Of a DNA stretch of 32,000 nucleotides, positions 28,414-32,000 are shown piece after piece. Both the position numbers and the translations under genes were made by a program. This DNA comes from Mycolicibacterium smegmatis (GTDB taxonomy: Bacteria; Actinomycetota; Actinomycetes; Mycobacteriales; Mycobacteriaceae): contig NZ_LN831039.1 in the NCBI RefSeq assembly GCF_001457595.1, forward strand, positions 300,001 to 332,000. Reading direction: 5' to 3'. How positions within the stretch are numbered: position 1 is the first letter of the stretch; every line of letters starts with the position of its first letter. Below the pieces are notes generated by a model, which worked only from the letters and a program-made list of their open reading frames with translations, did not search any database and was not told the DNA's origin.

Positions 28414-29208
28414 CTATCCGAGCGCCTCGCTGAGGTGGATGCCCAGGTCGGTGCGGCCCGGATGGATGTCCTCGCGCAGCGCGCGGGTGCCGTGGTAGTC
28501 ACCGTCGGCCAGGCGGCGGAACCGGTCGGCCGGCTCGGAGTCGATGGCCTTGAGACGGTCGCGCAGGCGTTCGGTCTCCTGTTGCAGGCCTTCGGATCCC
28601 AGGCTGTCGGCGTCGTAGATGACGTGCAGGTCGAAACTTCCCACGCCGGTGTACCACAGGGTTCCGTGGGTGAGGGGGAACAGCAGTGAGTCGATGTCAC
28701 CGCTGATCCCGCGTGTGCCCAGCGAACGTGCGTCCTCACCCACTGTCACGATCACCAGCGCCCGGCGGCCTGCGAGTTGGCCGTCGCCGTAGCGGCGGGG
28801 TATCCCGAGCACGGAATCGACATCGCCGTAGGCGAATTCGTTCGTGAGGACCCGGTCGAACCATCCCTTGAGGATGGCAGGCGGTCCGTACCACCACAGC
28901 GGGAACTGTATGACGAGCAGTTCGGCGGCCGCGAGCTTGGCCTGTTCCTCGCGCACATCGGCGGCATGCTCACCGCGCCGGTACGCGTCGGCCGTGATCT
29001 GGACGATGCTGCCCGTTCGGCCCCCGAAGTCGCGATCACCGAGGACCGGGTCGAACCGCTGGGCGTGCAGATCGGAGGTCAACACGGTGTACTGCTCGGA
29101 CAGCGCCTCGGTTCCGGCCTGGAACAGATGGTCGTTGAGAGACCCGCGCAGTGGATGGGCGTAGAGCCACAGCGCGGTACCGGGTTCGGGCGTATGGGTG
29201 AGCGTCAT
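28414..29208 (-). CDS. NAD(P)H dehydrogenase (quinone) / flavodoxin-like fold reductase
   Basis: ATG at 29208 within minus ORF 28414..29424. LWLYAHPLRGSLNDHL, LLVIQFPLWWYGPPAILKGWFDRVL. Confidence 0.9.
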   Translation of the reverse strand: MTLTHTPEPGTALWLYAHPLRGSLNDHLFQAGTEALSEQYTVLTSDLHAQRFDPVLGDRDFGGRTGSIVQITADAYRRGEHAADVREEQAKLAAAELLVIQFPLWWYGPPAILKGWFDRVLTNEFAYGDVDSVLGIPRRYGDGQLAGRRALVIVTVGEDARSLGTRGISGDIDSLLFPLTHGTLWYTGVGSFDLHVIYDADSLGSEGLQQETERLRDRLKAIDSEPADRFRRLADGDYHGTRALREDIHPGRTDLGIHLSEALG

Positions 29209-29837
29209 CTGGATCTCCTGTCGGGGGCGGGGGATTCGGGGCGGGACCCGGGTGTGGCGGATGCTGCCACGGCTGCGACCACGCGGGCGAGCGTCTCGCA
29301 GGCGTCTGTGGGGGTGATGCGGTCGGCGAGCACGTCGCGGAACAGCGCGTCGCCTGCGCCGATGATCGCGCGCAGGCCTGCCGACCGTGCCGGGACGGAG
29401 GATGGGAACAGCGCCCTGCCGCACACGTCGAGGTACGCGTCGTCGGCCTCTTGGCGCAACAGGCTCAAGGTGGGTGACCCCTCCAATGCGGCCACCACCC
29501 CGGACAGTTCGCGTCCTTCGGCGGCGCAGCAGTCGATATAGGCCTCGGCGACCGCATGCGCGACGGCGTCAAGGTCATCGGCGGCCTCTTCCAGTGCCGC
29601 CGCGAGGGTTTCGCGCCGCCGTGCCTCGAACTCGCGGTACAGCTCGGCGAGTGCTCCGCTCTTGTCGCCGAAGTGGTCGTACACCACGGGTTTGGTCACT
29701 CCGGCGCGGTCGGCGAGCCGTCCGAGGGTGAATTCCTCGGTGCCCGCCTCCCGGATCAGCTCCCTGGCCACCTCGAGCAGTTGTGTCCGGCGTTCCTGCT
29801 TGGACATTCGCCGCCTGGTGCCCGATCGCTCACTCAC
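29205..29837 (-). CDS. TetR-family transcriptional regulator
   Basis: LLEVARELIREAGTEEFTLGRLADRAGVTKPVVYDHFGDKSGAL HTH. Stop overlaps ATG of the downstream quinone reductase. Start may be ATG 29837 or 29807. Confidence 0.93.
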   Translation of the reverse strand: MSERSGTRRRMSKQERRTQLLEVARELIREAGTEEFTLGRLADRAGVTKPVVYDHFGDKSGALAELYREFEARRRETLAAALEEAADDLDAVAHAVAEAYIDCCAAEGRELSGVVAALEGSPTLSLLRQEADDAYLDVCGRALFPSSVPARSAGLRAIIGAGDALFRDVLADRITPTDACETLARVVAAVAASATPGSRPESPAPDRRSR

Positions 29838-29855
29838 TCGGCCTCCCGATCGCTA

Positions 29856-29899
29856 GCTACTGTCGGTAGCCTACCATCAGTAACCTACTACCGGTAGGT
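29856..29899. promoter_or_regulatory. Cluster of palindromes upstream of the TetR gene (candidate autoregulatory operator)
   Basis: GCTAC-TGTCG-GTAGC (29856-29870), GGTAG-C-CTACC (29865-29875), ACCTAC-TACCG-GTAGGT (29883-29899). Confidence 0.65.
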
Positions 29900-29987
29900 C
29901 CGTTTTCTGGCACCGCGAGCGCGCGTGGCTGCTGCCCGACACACCGCGTTTCATCAGCAGTCGACGCACGCTCACCGGTGACGACGG

Positions 29988-30674
29988 TCAGGTCAGTACC
30001 GTCTCGAACGCCACGCGGTCACCGCGGTACAGGGCCCGCACCACCTCGATCGCGACGCCGTCGGTGTCGACCGAACACCGGTTGAGCAACAGCATCGGAA
30101 GCGCCGTCGTGCATTCCAGCAGGGTGGCCTCCCGCGGCGTGGGCAGTGCGGTCTCGATGCGCTCGGTGGCCGACGCGAACTCGACGCCGGTGGCGCGGAT
30201 GGCGGCGTACAGCGATGTCGCCGGGTCGAAGTCGTGCTCGAACCGGCCGAAGCGCGCTGCGGCCAGATAGGTGCTCTCCAGTCCGATGCGCTGATCGTCG
30301 GCGAGCAGGACCCGCTCGAGGTGCAGTACCGGCGCGCCCGTCGCGATGTCGAGACCGGACGCGAGTTCGGTTGACGCCTCGATGATCTCGCGGGTGACCA
30401 GCATGCGGCCGGGTGTGCGGCCGACGGTCTGCGCGCCTTCGGTGTAGGACTGCAGACTCAGTGCGTGCACCAGCTTGGGCCGTGCCACCACGGTGCCGCG
30501 GCCGCGGCGTTCGATGCGGCCTGCGACCAGCAGTTCGTGCAAAGCCTGGCGCACGGTCTCGCGTGCCACCCCGAACCGCGCCGCGAGTTCGCGCTCCGCG
30601 GGAACCGGATCGCCCTCCTGCAGGCCGGCCAGGGTGACATCGAGCGCGGTGCGGATGGTGTGCGCGAGTGTCAT
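29988..30674 (-). CDS. GntR-family (HutC/UTRA) transcriptional regulator
   Basis: Part of minus ORF 29988..31391. PAERELAARFGVARETVRQALHELLVAGRIERRGRGTVVA plus UTRA-type C-terminus. ATG at 30674 overlaps upstream TGA. Confidence 0.9.
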   Translation of the reverse strand: MTLAHTIRTALDVTLAGLQEGDPVPAERELAARFGVARETVRQALHELLVAGRIERRGRGTVVARPKLVHALSLQSYTEGAQTVGRTPGRMLVTREIIEASTELASGLDIATGAPVLHLERVLLADDQRIGLESTYLAAARFGRFEHDFDPATSLYAAIRATGVEFASATERIETALPTPREATLLECTTALPMLLLNRCSVDTDGVAIEVVRALYRGDRVAFETVLT

Positions 30675-31198
30675 CTGTCGGTCCCGGTGACCCTCGCGGC
30701 GACGCGTGAGGCGATGGCGAGCACCTGCTCGACCGTCAGCCCCTGTGCGCGTGGATCTTTCGCGGCGTCGTCGTAGCGGCGCAGACGCACTGCGTCGGGA
30801 AACCAGGGGTGGGCGACGGTGTCGGCGTCGACGCCGGGGCCGCCCTGGTGGTGCAGCGAGGTCAGCGACGTCTCGGACAACCGGTACTCGCGATCCGTCG
30901 CGGCGAGGTAGCGCTTGGCCGCGACATGCGCTCCCGCGAGCCAGCCGACGCGCTCCCCGAACCGCTCGGTGAGCCAGTCCCGGGCGATGCGCTCGTGGCC
31001 GGGCACATGGGGCCCGCCGAGCAGGGGGCTGTGGGCGACGTCGTGCAGCGCCGCGGCGAGGACGAGTTCGTCGTCGGCGCCGTCCTCCTGCGCGCGGGCC
31101 GCGGCCTGCAGCGCGTGTTCGAGTTCGTCGACGGCTTCCTCGTCCCAAATCCCTTGCAGTGAACGGAGTATCCGGTCGACTTCGTTGAGAGCATGCAT
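30671..31198 (-). CDS. HD-domain protein, PhnZ-like (aminophosphonate degradation type)
   Basis: WDEEAVDELEHALQAAARAQEDGADDELVLAAALHDVAHS, HEAxxx region GHERIARDWL, AHVAAKRYL, SLHHQGGP match the PhnZ/HD mixed-valence di-iron oxygenase family. ATG at 31198 (ORF 30671..31216). Confidence 0.82.
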   Translation of the reverse strand: MHALNEVDRILRSLQGIWDEEAVDELEHALQAAARAQEDGADDELVLAAALHDVAHSPLLGGPHVPGHERIARDWLTERFGERVGWLAGAHVAAKRYLAATDREYRLSETSLTSLHHQGGPGVDADTVAHPWFPDAVRLRRYDDAAKDPRAQGLTVEQVLAIASRVAARVTGTDR

Positions 31199-31215
31199 GG
31201 GCAGAGCGTAGCCCA

Positions 31216-31233
31216 AATTGGTCTATACCAATT
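31216..31233. promoter_or_regulatory. GntR/HutC-type operator
   Basis: AATTGG-TCTATA-CCAATT. The core GTCTATAC fits the HutC-subfamily consensus GTMTAKAC; located between divergent HD and FAD oxidoreductase genes. Confidence 0.75.
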
Positions 31234-31307
31234 CTTAACCTGTTGTTCGGGCCACCAACACCTGCGCGTGGGGATCCGGACGTCGAGAGGCCGCAGGGTC
31301 TGATGCC

Positions 31308-32000
31308 ATGCGGGTGACAATCATCGGTGGCGGCATCCTCGGGACCGCGCATGCGGTCGAAGCCGTACGGCGCGGACATCGCGTCGTGCACCTCGAGCGG
31401 GAAGCCGAGGCGCGGGGCGCGACCGTGCGCAACTTCGGGCTCGTCTGGATCTCCGGACGGTCCACGGCCGAACTCGACGCGACCCTGCGCTCACGCGAAC
31501 TGTGGGAGAAACTCGCCGTTGACGTTCCCGGGATCGGGTTCCGTCCCGCCGGATCCATCACGCTGGTGCGCACCCCGGCCGAGTTGGCCGTCGCACAGGA
31601 GGCGGCGACCCGGTCCGATGCGGGGCACCGCGGTTTCACGCTGCTCGAACCGGACGAGGTGCGCGAGCTCAACCCGGCGCTGCGCGGACGTTTCCTCGGC
31701 GGCCTGCACTGTGCGCTCGATGCGGCCGTGGAATCACGTCAGGCTCTGCCCGCGATCCGCGAACACCTCACTGCCAGTGGACGATACGAGTTCGTCGCGG
31801 GTGTCGAGGCCCGCGGTGTCGAGAACCGCACCGTTCGTGACGACCGCGGCAACCGCCACGAATCCGACATCGTCCTGGTGTGCGCCGGGGCCGCTCACGG
31901 CGGTCTGGTCCGCGACCTCGCCGGTGAACTGCCCGTGCGGCGCGTCCGGTTGCAGATGATGCAGACCGAACCGCTCGGTGAGCGGCTCACCACGGCCATC
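31308..32000 (+). CDS. FAD-dependent oxidoreductase (DAO family, phosphonate-associated TIGR03364-like), truncated by window end
   Basis: No stop before 32000. ATG at 31308: MRVTIIGGGILGTAHAVEAVRRGHRVVHLEREAEARGATVRNFGLVWISG. Confidence 0.85.
   Translation, partial: MRVTIIGGGILGTAHAVEAVRRGHRVVHLEREAEARGATVRNFGLVWISGRSTAELDATLRSRELWEKLAVDVPGIGFRPAGSITLVRTPAELAVAQEAATRSDAGHRGFTLLEPDEVRELNPALRGRFLGGLHCALDAAVESRQALPAIREHLTASGRYEFVAGVEARGVENRTVRDDRGNRHESDIVLVCAGAAHGGLVRDLAGELPVRRVRLQMMQTEPLGERLTTAI

Overview
High-GC actinobacterial chromosome segment. The protein content matches Mycolicibacterium (Mycobacterium) smegmatis: the UdgX protein carries the KRRIH loop with His at residue 109, and the mycobacterial (RMM-type) microcompartment locus is present. 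Left part, in order: GTP-dependent PEP carboxykinase; a solitary AbiEi-like/DUF559-like (Vsr-fold) protein next to an unusually long perfect hairpin; an acyl-CoA synthetase; a crotonase with an N-terminal extension; an SDR/MmyB-like regulator pair; a double-hotdog dehydratase-like protein; then CoA-transferase, amidohydrolase, MFS and PLP-decarboxylase genes; and UdgX. Centre (14849-24452): a complete bacterial microcompartment locus of the aminoacetone/1-amino-2-propanol type. It encodes two BMC-T, one BMC-H, one BMC-P, an acylating aldehyde dehydrogenase with a C-terminal encapsulation-type helix, a class-III PLP enzyme, an APH-like kinase, an SDR, a GntR/UTRA regulator, an uncharacterised BMC protein and a divergent APC permease. 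Right part: alpha/beta hydrolase, GMC oxidoreductase, EthD-like protein, SDR, a TetR-quinone reductase pair, and a PhnZ-like HD oxygenase + GntR divergent from an FAD oxidoreductase that runs off the window (an aminophosphonate-type cluster). Most interesting leads: (1) the 22-bp-stem hairpin plus nuclease-fold gene bracketed by a 12-bp direct repeat near pckG; (2) an uncharacterised BMC protein whose N-terminal amphipathic helix resembles the AldDH C-terminal tag; (3) related GntR operator-like sites (TTGG-N5/6-CCAA) in the BMC locus and the phosphonate-like locus. The microcompartment type itself is already described in the literature. No CRISPR, rRNA, tRNA or IS element was recognised.
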